Positions 29,429 to 39,751 of a DNA stretch of 64,000 bases are shown here, piece after piece. The notes under the pieces were generated by a model that made no database searches, was not told the origin of the DNA, and saw nothing but the letters and a program-made list of their open reading frames with translations. How positions within the stretch are numbered: position 1 is the stretch's first letter; each line of letters opens with the position of its first letter. Source of the DNA: Clostridia bacterium (GTDB taxonomy: Bacteria > Bacillota > Clostridia > Christensenellales > SZUA-584); the NCBI GenBank assembly GCA_003249555.1, contig QKIQ01000024.1, positions 353 through 64,352 of the forward strand. Direction: 5' to 3'. A program made the translations under genes and the position numbers.

Positions 29429-32400
29429 ATGCTGGGCAAATACGGCAATCACATACTAGACGACTTTACGCTCTCACGGCAGGAACTTCTCAAAGTTGCC
29501 GCTGACTTATCGCTCAATGATAAGGTTTATACAAGAAAGGTAGAGGAAAAGCTTTTTAATTTATCAGAAGAACGGCGCCAGATCGAGAGCGCCTATTTGG
29601 CCGCACGTCAGAGAAAATATAAAGGCATGGAGCTGCCGCCGCTGTCGGAATGGTTTTACGATAACCGTTTTTTGTTTATGGAGCAGATCAAACAGCTCGA
29701 AACACAAAAAAGTGGCTGCCGGCTGCCTCATTTCAGATCCGGCCGTTTTGCGCATACGCCGCGAAGCCTTGTTCTTGCAACGCTTCTATTGGGGCACAGT
29801 GCGCTTCATGTATCAGTCGGCAGCATGCAAGAATTCATTGAGGTCTATCAGAAGGAAGCTGAGCTTAACTGGGGAGAGCTTTGGGCGTTTATCGATATGC
29901 TCAAAGTAGCGCTGCTGCGTGCCGTGGCCGTGCTTGCCAACGAAAGTGTCAAGACAATCGCAATGTGGAACCGCGCGGACAGATTTTGCGGACTCGTGGA
30001 AAACGATATGATGGCAGAGCAGGGGAGCCTTAATCAGTATAGAAGCGTGCTTGCCAATCAAGATTTTCTTGAACATTTGATGGTAATGTTGCGCGATAGC
30101 CCGCATGCCGCATCCGTGATGGCTCGTATAAACGACAGGCTCTGGCCTCAAGGTCAAAAGGCCGAGCATTTGATAAAAAAGGCACATGCTGCGCAAACAC
30201 ATCACATACACCATATCTCCAATGCTATTGCATCGCTTCGCATGCTTGCCAAGGTGAATTTTGAGCCTGTATTTGAAAGCATATCGGCTGTTCATAAGTA
30301 CTTAAGCGCAGACTCCGATTATAAGGGGATGGATTCTCATTCGCGTGAGTTCTACCGCAAAGGTATATCAGCGATTGCCGCTGCGCTTCACGCGCCTGAA
30401 CCCGCGGTGGCAAAGGCCGCGGCAGACCTTGCCGCCCACACGGGCGCCCATGTGGGCGAGTACATAGTCGGTTCAAAAAAACGTGAGATGTACGCAAGAT
30501 TCGGCAGGATGCCATTCAAGGTGCGTTTTAATGAATTTTTCAGAAGACACATGCTGCTGCTATATGTGGGCGGCGCGGCCGTTTCGACGCTTGTGAGCGC
30601 TGTGCTTCTCACACTGCCGTTGTTTTTAAAATATCCTCCTGTATACGGCATCATCGGATTCATCATCAGCCTGATTCCTATATATACCGTTGCCATTGCG
30701 ATCAGCAATCGCTTGTTAACGCTGATTAACAAACCGACGCTGATACCAAAAATGGCGCTTAACGAGGGTATTCCTGACGACTGTGCCACGATGGTGGTGA
30801 TTCCCGCACTTGTTACAGGCGAAGAGGACGGGAAAGAACAGCTTGAAAAAATGGAGGTTTACTGGGCGGCAAACCAGCAAAACAACCTGTATTTCACGCT
30901 GCTGAGTGATTTCAAAGAAGATAAGAATGAAATTGCGGCGCAGGATGAGCAGATGATCGAAAGCATGGAACGCATTATCAGCCGTCTAAACGAACAATAC
31001 GGCAGGACGCTTTTTTTCTATGCGCAGCGCAAACGAACGCTCATTAAGGAAAGCGGACGGTACGGCGGCTACGAGCGCAAGCGCGGCGCACTGATGGATT
31101 TTTGCATGATGCTGGATGGAGACCCGTCGGCATTTATTCATGTGACCAAGGGTTTACCTGTACACATAAAATACGTGATTACGCTGGATTCGGATACTGA
31201 GCTTGGGCGTGACGCCGCAGTTAAACTGGTGGGTGCCATGGAGCATCCGCTGAACAGACCTGTGATTGACACGGAGACGAACACCGTCAAAACGGGATTT
31301 GGCATTATGCAGCCGCGTATCGGAGTGGATGTGGTAAGCGCCGCAAAGACGCGATTCTCTTTAGTGTTTTCCGGCAAGGGCGGCCTGGATACGTATGCGA
31401 GCGCTGCTTCGGACGTTTATCAAGACGGCTTCGGCACCGGTATATTCACAGGCAAGGGTATATTCAACAAAGATGTGTATGTGAGCGTGCTTAAAGACGC
31501 GTTTCCCGACAATAGCATATTAAGCCATGATCTGCTGGAGGGCAGTTATATTCGCTGTGGGCTGCTGACGGATGTGGTGCTGATGGACGGATGCCCCGCA
31601 CGGTACACGGCGTGGGCGAGCCGGCAGCACAGATGGGTGCGGGGCGATTGGCAGCTGCTGCCGTGGCTGCGGCGAACGGTACCCACCAAGATTGGCAAAG
31701 CCAAGAATCCGCTCTCAAAGCTCGCAAAGTATCAGATGTTCGACAACATGCGGCGCAGTCTATCGGTGCCGCTTAGCTTTTTGGTGATTTTGCTGTCACA
31801 GACCGCATTTTATAGCTCGGCAATATTTTGGTTCATATCGGGTATTTTGCCGCTTTTCATTGACGGCATACTCGATTTTTTGTTGCGCATGCTGACGCTT
31901 ATCAGAAACGCGGGCAAAGGTTCTACGTTTAAAGACGTATGGTATGAAACCAAAACCATGTTTGAGCAGGCGTTTTACAAATTCGCGTTTCTGCCATATG
32001 AAACCTATCTCATGCTTGATGCGGTAATCCGCAGCCTTGTCCGTCTTGTGACGAGACGCCATCTTTTGGAGTGGGTAACGGCTGCCGAAGGCGACAGAAA
32101 AGCCAAGATGGGAGTCGCACATTATTGGAAAAACATGGCCGCGGCGCCCTTGCTGGCTGCTGCTTTGTATACGCTGTCTATCGCGACCACCCATAGCTTT
32201 TCGCTTATCGCGTTTTTGGTATCCGGTGTGTGGTTTTTCGCGCCATCAATTGCCCTTGCGATCAGCCGACCCCGCCACGTTAAAATTTATGCGCTGGATG
32301 TTGCTCAAAAGGCATATCTTGAGGGTGTGGCGCTTAAGACTTGGCGTTTTTTTGAGGAAGTCTCTGAGGAAGATGAATATTACTGGCCGCCGGATAATTA

Positions 32401-35400
32401 TCAGCAAAGCCCCTCAAAGGGCATCGCTAAAAGGACATCGCCGACCAATGTGGCATACGGGATGGGTGCCGCCATATGCGCTTATTATTTTGGCTTTATC
32501 ACGTTGGCAGAAGCGGTTAAAAGGCTCGAAAGAATTGTGGCGGGCATTGAAAAAGCAGACAAGTGGCAGGGGCATCTTTATAATTGGTACGATATCGAAA
32601 ACTTAGAGCCACTTGAGCCACGGTATGTATCATCGGTGGACAACGGCAATTTGATCTGTTATCTCGTGGTGGCGGACGAGGCGCTCAAAGAGATGCTGGC
32701 CTCGCCACTGTCGTCATATATGCATCTGGGCTTGCAGACAATCTCTCGTGAATCCGGGCGTGAGCTGTCATTTAATATCAATAACGACATATTCAATGCG
32801 GTGAATGTGCTGGAACTGATCGGTGAAGGTGAAGGCGATGTATTTACGTTAAAGAGGCAGATCATATCGCTGTTTTCGCGTTTCGCATCTTGGGCAGGCG
32901 TGATGGATGCTTTTCCCTCGAAAAGGGTGCATGAATATGTTGAGCCGACACGTGCAATGCGTGAAAAGCTGCGGCGTGTGTCCGTTATCGGATACGCTGA
33001 CGTTTTTCACAGTGTGCTCGAACCGCTGTCCGAAATTTTCGAAAAGGCCAAGCTGAATGAACACAACGACGTTCTTGAGTGGATCACGCGTATGGAGACG
33101 GCGCTTGGCGAAAGCTATGTGGCATGCCGAAGGCTGACGCAGCGTGTGAACCGGCTGCGCCGAAGGATTGCGGCACTCATTGACACCACGGATTTTTCAC
33201 ATCTTTATGACGAGGAAAAAGGTCTTTTCTCAATCGGGTTTGATATTCGGAACGGCATACTCAGTGATTCGCATTATGATCTGCTGGCATCCGAAGCGCG
33301 GCAGACAAGCTTTATTGCGATCGCAAAAGGGGACGTACCCGAAAAGCACTGGTTCCGACTATCTCGTCCACTGACCATTGCGGGAGAAAGCCGTGTGCTG
33401 CTCTCATGGAGCGGCACGATGTTTGAGTATCTGATGCCGCTTATCATCATGAAAAGCTACGACAACACGCTGCTCGCGGAGACATACAAGTCCGTAGTGG
33501 ATATGCAGCAGAATTACGGCGAACAGCGGCGTGTGCCGTGGGGTGTATCCGAATCGGGGTACTATGCGTTTGACATGCACATGAATTATCAGTACAAGGC
33601 GTTCGGCGTACCGGGCCTTGGGCTCAAATCCGGTCTTGTGCGCGAATCTGTAATTGCTCCTTACGCCACGGTGCTTGCGCTCAATGTGAACCCAAGGGCG
33701 GCGCTTGCCAATATGCTGCGGCTGGAGAAGATGGACGCGTACGGACGCTACGGCTTTTTTGAAGCGATAGACTACACGACATCGCGGATGCACAAAGGTA
33801 AGAAAAAACACATCATAAAGAGCTATATGGCGCATCATCAGGGCATGATTCTCTCGTCGATGCTCAATAGCCTGCAAGATGGACGCATGCAGAAGCTTTT
33901 CCACAGCGCCACCTGCGTGAAGGCGACGGAACTGCTGCTTAAAGAAAAGGTGCCGCCGCGCAGTGTGACGTTGAGCCTCGGTGAGAAGCCAAACGAGACG
34001 CAGGCGTTTGCGGAGGAAATTCAAGCGACGCGTATTTATAAGTCGTTTTCGAAGTATCCCGAAGCACATTTTTTATCCAATGGCAGTTATACTGTCATGC
34101 TCACGCAATACGGCACAGGCTATTCGATGTGCAGGGGACGTATGGTTACACGGTGGGAAAGCGACGTACTGCGCCGCGCGCCGGGTATCCATACATACAT
34201 AAAAAATATGGATACAGGTGCGGTTTGGTCGGTGGCGTTTCTGCCCACCTGTATGCAGGCAGATCAGGAGCGTGTGCAGTTTGAACCTTACAAAGCGTCA
34301 TTTTTCCGTCAGGTTGGCGGCATTGAAACAACGCTTGAGGTTTGCGTATCACCCGAATGCGATTTGGAGATTAGAAATCTGGAAATAAAGAACAACACCG
34401 ATACAGCTTTAAACCTTTCGGTGCTTTGTGTGTATTCACCTGCGATGTCGCCGGATAAGGATTTTGAGGCGCATCCTGCGTTTGCGGAGCTGTTTATCGA
34501 CACAATTGAAGATATGGACAGCCGTACGGTATTTGCACGGCGCAGGGGAAAACCTGTTTGCAGTGCGATGAAAGCGTGTTTCGACGGTAATATCGAATTC
34601 TTAACGGATAGAACATACATATTCGGACGACGAAATGTGTTTGGCGTCCCCTCGTGCATGGCCGAGCAGCCCTCGGAGCACGATGTTTCCCGTGCTGTAG
34701 GTATTTGCGGACACATGAGAATACCCTCAGGGAAGATGGCTTTTGCCGCGTTTGCCATAGCGATGGCCGACAGCAAGAAACGAGTTTCGGAGTGCCTTGC
34801 GGATATCACGGGGGAAGAGGATATCAAACGTGTTTTCCATCTGGCGTGGACGCACGCGCAGGTAGAGATGCGATTCTTAAAGCTCAAAAACATGCAGGCT
34901 AATCTGTTCCAGCAGATTGCTTCGCGTACGGTGATCCGTGTGCCGTCCGTCTGCCCGATGGACGAGCAAGCAGGAGGGTTGTCGTCGCTCTGGAAATTCG
35001 GCATTTCGGGCGATCTTCCGATTATCTGTCTCTTTGCCGGCAGCTTCGACCATATAGATACCGTCAAAACGGTGGCTAAAGCAGTGGAATACATGAGTCT
35101 TAAGCAAATTGCCGCAGAACTCGTGATTTTCTACAGCCATACCGGCGCGTATATTGACCCACAACGCGACATGATCAAAGAACTGGAACAAGCCGCGGCG
35201 GGACGACCACATAACCGTGTCTATGCGCTCAATGCCGATGAAATAGATACGGGGGATAAATCGGCCATTGCAACGGCGGCCTGTCTTGTGCTCTATGACG
35301 ATACGTCACTTTCAGAGCAATTAAAGCTGCCCGTTCTGACACGTCCATACTGGGTGTTTGAAAAAGCCGCTGAGGACCGGTCCCGCAGCCGACCGGTTAG

Positions 35401-37753
35401 GATGCTCAAGGCGTTTGACAATACGCAAGGCGGCTTTATCCGAAACGGTACCGAATATTGCATCGATGTGCATGGCAACACGCCGCTGCCATGGAGCAAT
35501 CTGTTGGCGGGGCGTACACTGGGCAGCTTAATCAGTGCGGGCGGCGGTGGCTACACATGGGCGGAAAACGCGCGTATGCTGCGGCTGACGCCTTTTCGAA
35601 ACGACGCGCTGACGGATGTACCCGGAGAAGGCGTGCTTGTGAGAAGCGACAGGACGGGTAAAGCGTTCAGTATGGCGCCGGATATGTACGCCGAGGGCAG
35701 ATACCGCGTGATCCACGGTTTCGGTTATACGATATTTGAACGATACGGTGGCATCGAGACGCGTATTGCATATTTTGTGGATGAGAAATTGCCGGTGAAA
35801 GCAGGGCTTATTAGCCTTATTAACACCACGGAACGGGAAGAGACGCTTTCCGTATACTGCTATGCCGAACCTGTGCTTGCCGCAAAGGAATCCGGCGGAA
35901 TCCGCGCACGTTATAAGGGAGACCGTCTTGAAGCGTTATCGCCGTTTTCTTCGGCATGTCGGGCGATGTTCCTCGCGATGCCGGGTCAGAAGGTGAATTA
36001 TACGGCATCGGCACGCGAGTTTTTCGGCGTACCGGGGCATAACATATGGCCCGAAACGCTGAAAACGCAGGCTTTGTCCAATAGCGACGGCTGTGGTGCT
36101 TCGCTGCTTGCTCTTCAGGCGCATGTCACACTAAAGCCCGGAGAAAGCCAGATGCTGACGATCCTTACGGGTTATGGTGATGAGCAGGCTATCACGCATG
36201 TGCTGGAGACATATGGCTCAATGCCAAAGGCGCAGGGTAAGCTAGAAGCAACAAGAGCACATTGGGAAAGCCTCGTTGGCAGTATCAAGGTAACATCGCG
36301 CAATAAATCGTTTGATATGATTACCAATGGCTGGCTTCTGTACCAGACGTATGCCTCGCGGCTTTGGGGACGTACGGGCTATTATCAATCCGGCGGCGCT
36401 TTCGGATTCCGCGACCAGCTTCAGGATGTGCTGGCCATCATGTATACCGATTCGTCTGAGGCAAGCGCGCATATTATTAAATGCGCACAGAGGCAGTTCT
36501 TTGAAGGCGATGTGCTGCACTGGTGGCATGAGCCCGCCAACGGTGTGCGTACATATATTACGGACGATAAGCTGTTTCTGCCATACGTCGCCTGCGAATA
36601 CGAGCGTATTACGGGCGATATGAGTCTATTTGATGAAAGTGTGCCATATCTTGTAAGCAAGCCGATACCCGAAGGCCGCCACGATCTTTACGAAGCGTTT
36701 GAGCCAAGTGATACGAGCGAAAGCATATTCTTGCACTGCGCGCGCGCTATCGATTCGGCACTGAAATTCGGGGAGCACGGTTTGCCGCTTATGGGCGCGG
36801 GCGACTGGAACGACGGTATGGATAAGGTGGGCATCGGGGGCAGGGGAGAGAGTGTCTGGCTCGCGTTTTTGCTTGTGGAAGTACTGCGGCTCTTTTCTGA
36901 TCTATGCAGACTTCGGAGTGAAACGGCGCTTGCGGAGCGATATGATGCGACAAGGCAAGAGCTTATGCTCAATGTTGAGCGCAATGCGTGGGACGGCGAA
37001 TGGTATATGCGCGCGTTCTTTGACGACGGCACGCCTCTCGGAAGCAGTACATCGCCTGAATGCCGTATCGATATTATATCGCAGGCCTGGGCCGTATGGG
37101 CGGGTGCTGTGCGTGCGCGCCGTGCGTTTGCGTCTGCGGAGGAACATCTTGTGATGCGCGAGGAGGGCATCATCCGTCTGCTCGCGCCGGCATTTGACAA
37201 ATGGGACAAAGACCCAGGTTACATTAAATCGTATCTGCCGGGTGTACGGGAAAACGGCGGACAGTATACACACGCGGCAGTCTGGTTCGTGATCGCGGCG
37301 GCAAAGCTGCGGCGCAAGGACGACGCGATGGCGCTTTTCCAAATGCTTAACCCGATCAACCACACGCGTACGCCCGAGGGCGTGGCCAAGTATAAAGGCG
37401 AGCCGTATGTCATGGCGGCGGACGTTTATTACACGGACGGGCACCACGGACGCGCGGGTTGGACGTGGTACACAGGCAGCGCAGGCTGGATGTATCAGGC
37501 GGCTGTCGTTTATCTGCTCGGAATGCGCATAGAACGCGGGATGCTTTCCGTATATCCTTGTGTCCCCGATGACTTTGGGCGGTATACGATCACGTACAAA
37601 AAGGACGGTGCGCAGTATATCATCACGGTGGATGTGACGCCGGGCTATCAGGGCAGCGCGTCGCTGCGTATGGATGGCAGCCCTGCCGTCAAAACGCTTC
37701 TGCTCGATAAGAAGGATGGTGTTCATCAAATTGACGCTTGTTGGCAGACATGA
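29429..37753 (+). CDS. cgs: Cyclic beta-1,2-glucan synthase-like giant protein (GT84-type glycosyltransferase, central alpha-barrel/cyclisation-like region, C-terminal GH94 phosphorylase-like domain)
   Basis: 2774 aa. TM clusters at residues about 373-432 and 780-945. GT motifs ITLDSDTE and QHRWVRGDWQ. Central WSGTMFEYLMP. C-terminal GGGYTW, YYQSGGAFGFRDQLQD, GAGDWNDGMD, GGQYTHAAVW. Confidence 0.85.
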   Translation: MLGKYGNHILDDFTLSRQELLKVAADLSLNDKVYTRKVEEKLFNLSEERRQIESAYLAARQRKYKGMELPPLSEWFYDNRFLFMEQIKQLETQKSGCRLPHFRSGRFAHTPRSLVLATLLLGHSALHVSVGSMQEFIEVYQKEAELNWGELWAFIDMLKVALLRAVAVLANESVKTIAMWNRADRFCGLVENDMMAEQGSLNQYRSVLANQDFLEHLMVMLRDSPHAASVMARINDRLWPQGQKAEHLIKKAHAAQTHHIHHISNAIASLRMLAKVNFEPVFESISAVHKYLSADSDYKGMDSHSREFYRKGISAIAAALHAPEPAVAKAAADLAAHTGAHVGEYIVGSKKREMYARFGRMPFKVRFNEFFRRHMLLLYVGGAAVSTLVSAVLLTLPLFLKYPPVYGIIGFIISLIPIYTVAIAISNRLLTLINKPTLIPKMALNEGIPDDCATMVVIPALVTGEEDGKEQLEKMEVYWAANQQNNLYFTLLSDFKEDKNEIAAQDEQMIESMERIISRLNEQYGRTLFFYAQRKRTLIKESGRYGGYERKRGALMDFCMMLDGDPSAFIHVTKGLPVHIKYVITLDSDTELGRDAAVKLVGAMEHPLNRPVIDTETNTVKTGFGIMQPRIGVDVVSAAKTRFSLVFSGKGGLDTYASAASDVYQDGFGTGIFTGKGIFNKDVYVSVLKDAFPDNSILSHDLLEGSYIRCGLLTDVVLMDGCPARYTAWASRQHRWVRGDWQLLPWLRRTVPTKIGKAKNPLSKLAKYQMFDNMRRSLSVPLSFLVILLSQTAFYSSAIFWFISGILPLFIDGILDFLLRMLTLIRNAGKGSTFKDVWYETKTMFEQAFYKFAFLPYETYLMLDAVIRSLVRLVTRRHLLEWVTAAEGDRKAKMGVAHYWKNMAAAPLLAAALYTLSIATTHSFSLIAFLVSGVWFFAPSIALAISRPRHVKIYALDVAQKAYLEGVALKTWRFFEEVSEEDEYYWPPDNYQQSPSKGIAKRTSPTNVAYGMGAAICAYYFGFITLAEAVKRLERIVAGIEKADKWQGHLYNWYDIENLEPLEPRYVSSVDNGNLICYLVVADEALKEMLASPLSSYMHLGLQTISRESGRELSFNINNDIFNAVNVLELIGEGEGDVFTLKRQIISLFSRFASWAGVMDAFPSKRVHEYVEPTRAMREKLRRVSVIGYADVFHSVLEPLSEIFEKAKLNEHNDVLEWITRMETALGESYVACRRLTQRVNRLRRRIAALIDTTDFSHLYDEEKGLFSIGFDIRNGILSDSHYDLLASEARQTSFIAIAKGDVPEKHWFRLSRPLTIAGESRVLLSWSGTMFEYLMPLIIMKSYDNTLLAETYKSVVDMQQNYGEQRRVPWGVSESGYYAFDMHMNYQYKAFGVPGLGLKSGLVRESVIAPYATVLALNVNPRAALANMLRLEKMDAYGRYGFFEAIDYTTSRMHKGKKKHIIKSYMAHHQGMILSSMLNSLQDGRMQKLFHSATCVKATELLLKEKVPPRSVTLSLGEKPNETQAFAEEIQATRIYKSFSKYPEAHFLSNGSYTVMLTQYGTGYSMCRGRMVTRWESDVLRRAPGIHTYIKNMDTGAVWSVAFLPTCMQADQERVQFEPYKASFFRQVGGIETTLEVCVSPECDLEIRNLEIKNNTDTALNLSVLCVYSPAMSPDKDFEAHPAFAELFIDTIEDMDSRTVFARRRGKPVCSAMKACFDGNIEFLTDRTYIFGRRNVFGVPSCMAEQPSEHDVSRAVGICGHMRIPSGKMAFAAFAIAMADSKKRVSECLADITGEEDIKRVFHLAWTHAQVEMRFLKLKNMQANLFQQIASRTVIRVPSVCPMDEQAGGLSSLWKFGISGDLPIICLFAGSFDHIDTVKTVAKAVEYMSLKQIAAELVIFYSHTGAYIDPQRDMIKELEQAAAGRPHNRVYALNADEIDTGDKSAIATAACLVLYDDTSLSEQLKLPVLTRPYWVFEKAAEDRSRSRPVRMLKAFDNTQGGFIRNGTEYCIDVHGNTPLPWSNLLAGRTLGSLISAGGGGYTWAENARMLRLTPFRNDALTDVPGEGVLVRSDRTGKAFSMAPDMYAEGRYRVIHGFGYTIFERYGGIETRIAYFVDEKLPVKAGLISLINTTEREETLSVYCYAEPVLAAKESGGIRARYKGDRLEALSPFSSACRAMFLAMPGQKVNYTASAREFFGVPGHNIWPETLKTQALSNSDGCGASLLALQAHVTLKPGESQMLTILTGYGDEQAITHVLETYGSMPKAQGKLEATRAHWESLVGSIKVTSRNKSFDMITNGWLLYQTYASRLWGRTGYYQSGGAFGFRDQLQDVLAIMYTDSSEASAHIIKCAQRQFFEGDVLHWWHEPANGVRTYITDDKLFLPYVACEYERITGDMSLFDESVPYLVSKPIPEGRHDLYEAFEPSDTSESIFLHCARAIDSALKFGEHGLPLMGAGDWNDGMDKVGIGGRGESVWLAFLLVEVLRLFSDLCRLRSETALAERYDATRQELMLNVERNAWDGEWYMRAFFDDGTPLGSSTSPECRIDIISQAWAVWAGAVRARRAFASAEEHLVMREEGIIRLLAPAFDKWDKDPGYIKSYLPGVRENGGQYTHAAVWFVIAAAKLRRKDDAMALFQMLNPINHTRTPEGVAKYKGEPYVMAADVYYTDGHHGRAGWTWYTGSAGWMYQAAVVYLLGMRIERGMLSVYPCVPDDFGRYTITYKKDGAQYIITVDVTPGYQGSASLRMDGSPAVKTLLLDKKDGVHQIDACWQT

Positions 37754-37773
37754 TCTGATGGTATACTTCACGT

Positions 37774-39597
37774 ATGAACAATGATTTTTTACCGATGTCG
37801 CTGGAGGAATCCGGCGGGGAAATGTTTGATTATATTGTGGTGACGCCTGATGCTTATGTGGATCATCCGTCTTTCGCTGCGGCCATTATCGGGCGCTATG
37901 TGCAGAGCCTGGGATTTAAGGTTGGGGTCATTGCCCAGCCAGACTGGTGCAGTGATGCCGACTTTCGCAAGCTTGGTACGCCGCGCTATGCATTTTTATT
38001 AAGCGGCGGCAACATGGACGGCATTGTGAATATGTACACGGCAGCCAAGAGGCTGCGCAGTGGTGACGCGTATTCGCCGGGCGGCAAAACGGGGCTGCGT
38101 CCACCGCGCCCAACCATCGCCTATACAGCGCGGTTGAAGCAGGCTCATAAAGACACGCCGGTGATTATCGGCGGTGTAGAGGCCACGCAGCGGCGTTTTG
38201 CGCATTATGACTATTATGAGGACAAGGTGCGTCGTTCGTATCTTGTGGATTCCAAGGCGGATATGCTTGTTTATGGTATGGGTGAGCGTCCGCTTGCCGA
38301 CATCTGTACGCGGCTCAGGGACGGAGAAAGCCTGTCTGATATAACAGGTATTCGCGGCACATGCATATTGCGCCATTCGCTGGACGGCATCGGCGATCAT
38401 ATTAAGCTGCCTTCATATGAGCGCGTTGCGGCAGACAAAAACGCTTTTGCAACGGCTTTCAAGACGATTCATAGGAACAGTGTTCCAGATGGAAAAACGC
38501 TGGTTCAGCCGCACGACGACCGTATGCTCATACAGTTCCCACCTTCCTTGCCGCTGTCCACACCCGATATGGATGAAATTTACGGATTGCCTTTTACAAA
38601 ACGTGCGCATCCGTTTTACAAAGAGCCCATTCCCGCGTTGGCTGAGGTGCAGTTTGGCATCACAGCGCTGCGCGGATGCCCGGGCATGTGCGCGTTTTGT
38701 TCCATTTCCGCCCATCAGGGAAAAAGTATACAAAAACGTTCTAAAAAGTCCATTGTGGAAGAAACACGCCGTATTACGCAAATGAGCGAATTCAAGGGCA
38801 ACATATCCGATGTCGGTGGTCCCACGGCGAACTTCTATGATGCTATCTGTACGGCGAAAAACTCAAAAAGCTGTACGCGTACGTGTCTCTCACCCAAAAT
38901 ATGTCCGAATCTCAAAATCAGCCACAAGGGTATCTTTGAGGTGCTCGAAGCAGTTGAACGTGTGCCCAAAGTGAAACGCGTTTTTATCCGTTCCGGACTG
39001 CGCTTTGATTACATGATGGCAGACAAAGACGGGCGTTTTTTTGACCGGCTCGTAAAGAAACACGTGAGCGGTCAGCTTAAAGTGGCGCCTGAGCACGTTT
39101 GCCCCGATGTGCTGGCACTAATGAACAAGCCGCATTATGGGGTTTACGAGCGCTTCGCGCGCCGCTTTGAAAGCACGACCAAGCGCGCAGGCAAGCCGCA
39201 GTATCTGCTGCCATATTATATATCCTCCCACCCTGGCAGCACGCTTTTGGATGCCATTGCGCTTGCGGTGACGCTCAAAAAGCAAGGCTTTGTACCCGAT
39301 CAGGTGCAGGATTTTTACCCGACGCCGGGTACACTTTCCACTTGCATGTATTACACGGGAATGAACCCGCTGACAGGTAAGCCGGTGTATGTGGCGGTTA
39401 CGCAAAATGAAAAAGCGATGCAGCGCGCGCTGCTGGCTTTTGAAAACAAGCGAAACTGGCCGCTGATACGGAAGGCGCTCATGGAAGCAGGTCGCGAAGA
39501 CCTGATCGGATACGGCAAAGACTGCCTTGTGCCGCCTGAAGGCCCGAAGCAACATGCGCGGGTCTCAAAGAACGCAAAATCGAGACAGAGAAAATAG
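37774..39597 (+). CDS. ygiQ: YgiQ-family radical SAM protein (UPF0313)
   Basis: N-terminal FLPMS...DAYVDHPSF domain, CPGMCAFC cluster motif, basic C-terminal tail. Confidence 0.85.
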   Translation: MNNDFLPMSLEESGGEMFDYIVVTPDAYVDHPSFAAAIIGRYVQSLGFKVGVIAQPDWCSDADFRKLGTPRYAFLLSGGNMDGIVNMYTAAKRLRSGDAYSPGGKTGLRPPRPTIAYTARLKQAHKDTPVIIGGVEATQRRFAHYDYYEDKVRRSYLVDSKADMLVYGMGERPLADICTRLRDGESLSDITGIRGTCILRHSLDGIGDHIKLPSYERVAADKNAFATAFKTIHRNSVPDGKTLVQPHDDRMLIQFPPSLPLSTPDMDEIYGLPFTKRAHPFYKEPIPALAEVQFGITALRGCPGMCAFCSISAHQGKSIQKRSKKSIVEETRRITQMSEFKGNISDVGGPTANFYDAICTAKNSKSCTRTCLSPKICPNLKISHKGIFEVLEAVERVPKVKRVFIRSGLRFDYMMADKDGRFFDRLVKKHVSGQLKVAPEHVCPDVLALMNKPHYGVYERFARRFESTTKRAGKPQYLLPYYISSHPGSTLLDAIALAVTLKKQGFVPDQVQDFYPTPGTLSTCMYYTGMNPLTGKPVYVAVTQNEKAMQRALLAFENKRNWPLIRKALMEAGREDLIGYGKDCLVPPEGPKQHARVSKNAKSRQRK

Positions 39598-39674
39598 CGT
39601 TTGTGTTTATTACATATCATGGTCATATTCAAACCTGACTGGCTGCTCTAACAAATGAGCTTTTTCGCATAGGA

Positions 39675-39703
39675 TTTTACTATTTTTTATATTGTGGTAT
39701 AAT
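39675..39703 (+). promoter_or_regulatory. Candidate promoter of the second two-component operon
   Basis: TTTTAC, 17-nt spacer, TGgTATAAT (extended -10) at 39695-39703. Confidence 0.45.
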
Positions 39704-39751
39704 CTAATCCGGTATTATTTATTTGTATATAGATATAAAGGAGACAAGTAT

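Noticed and set aside
33404-37771. Several 170-290-aa minus-strand ORFs inside the glucan synthase gene (33404-34069, 34309-35094, 36688-37209, 36902-37771)
   Set aside because: The + strand frame is uninterrupted for 2774 codons and carries family motifs throughout. The antisense ORFs are Arg- and His-rich artefacts of the GC-rich third-position bias.
39692-39751. Track start (GTG at 39692) for the second response regulator, adding MWYNLIRYYLFVYRYKGDKY
   Set aside because: The extension overlaps the TGgTATAAT promoter element. The canonical receiver N-terminus MKRILIVDD starts at 39752, behind AAAGGAG.
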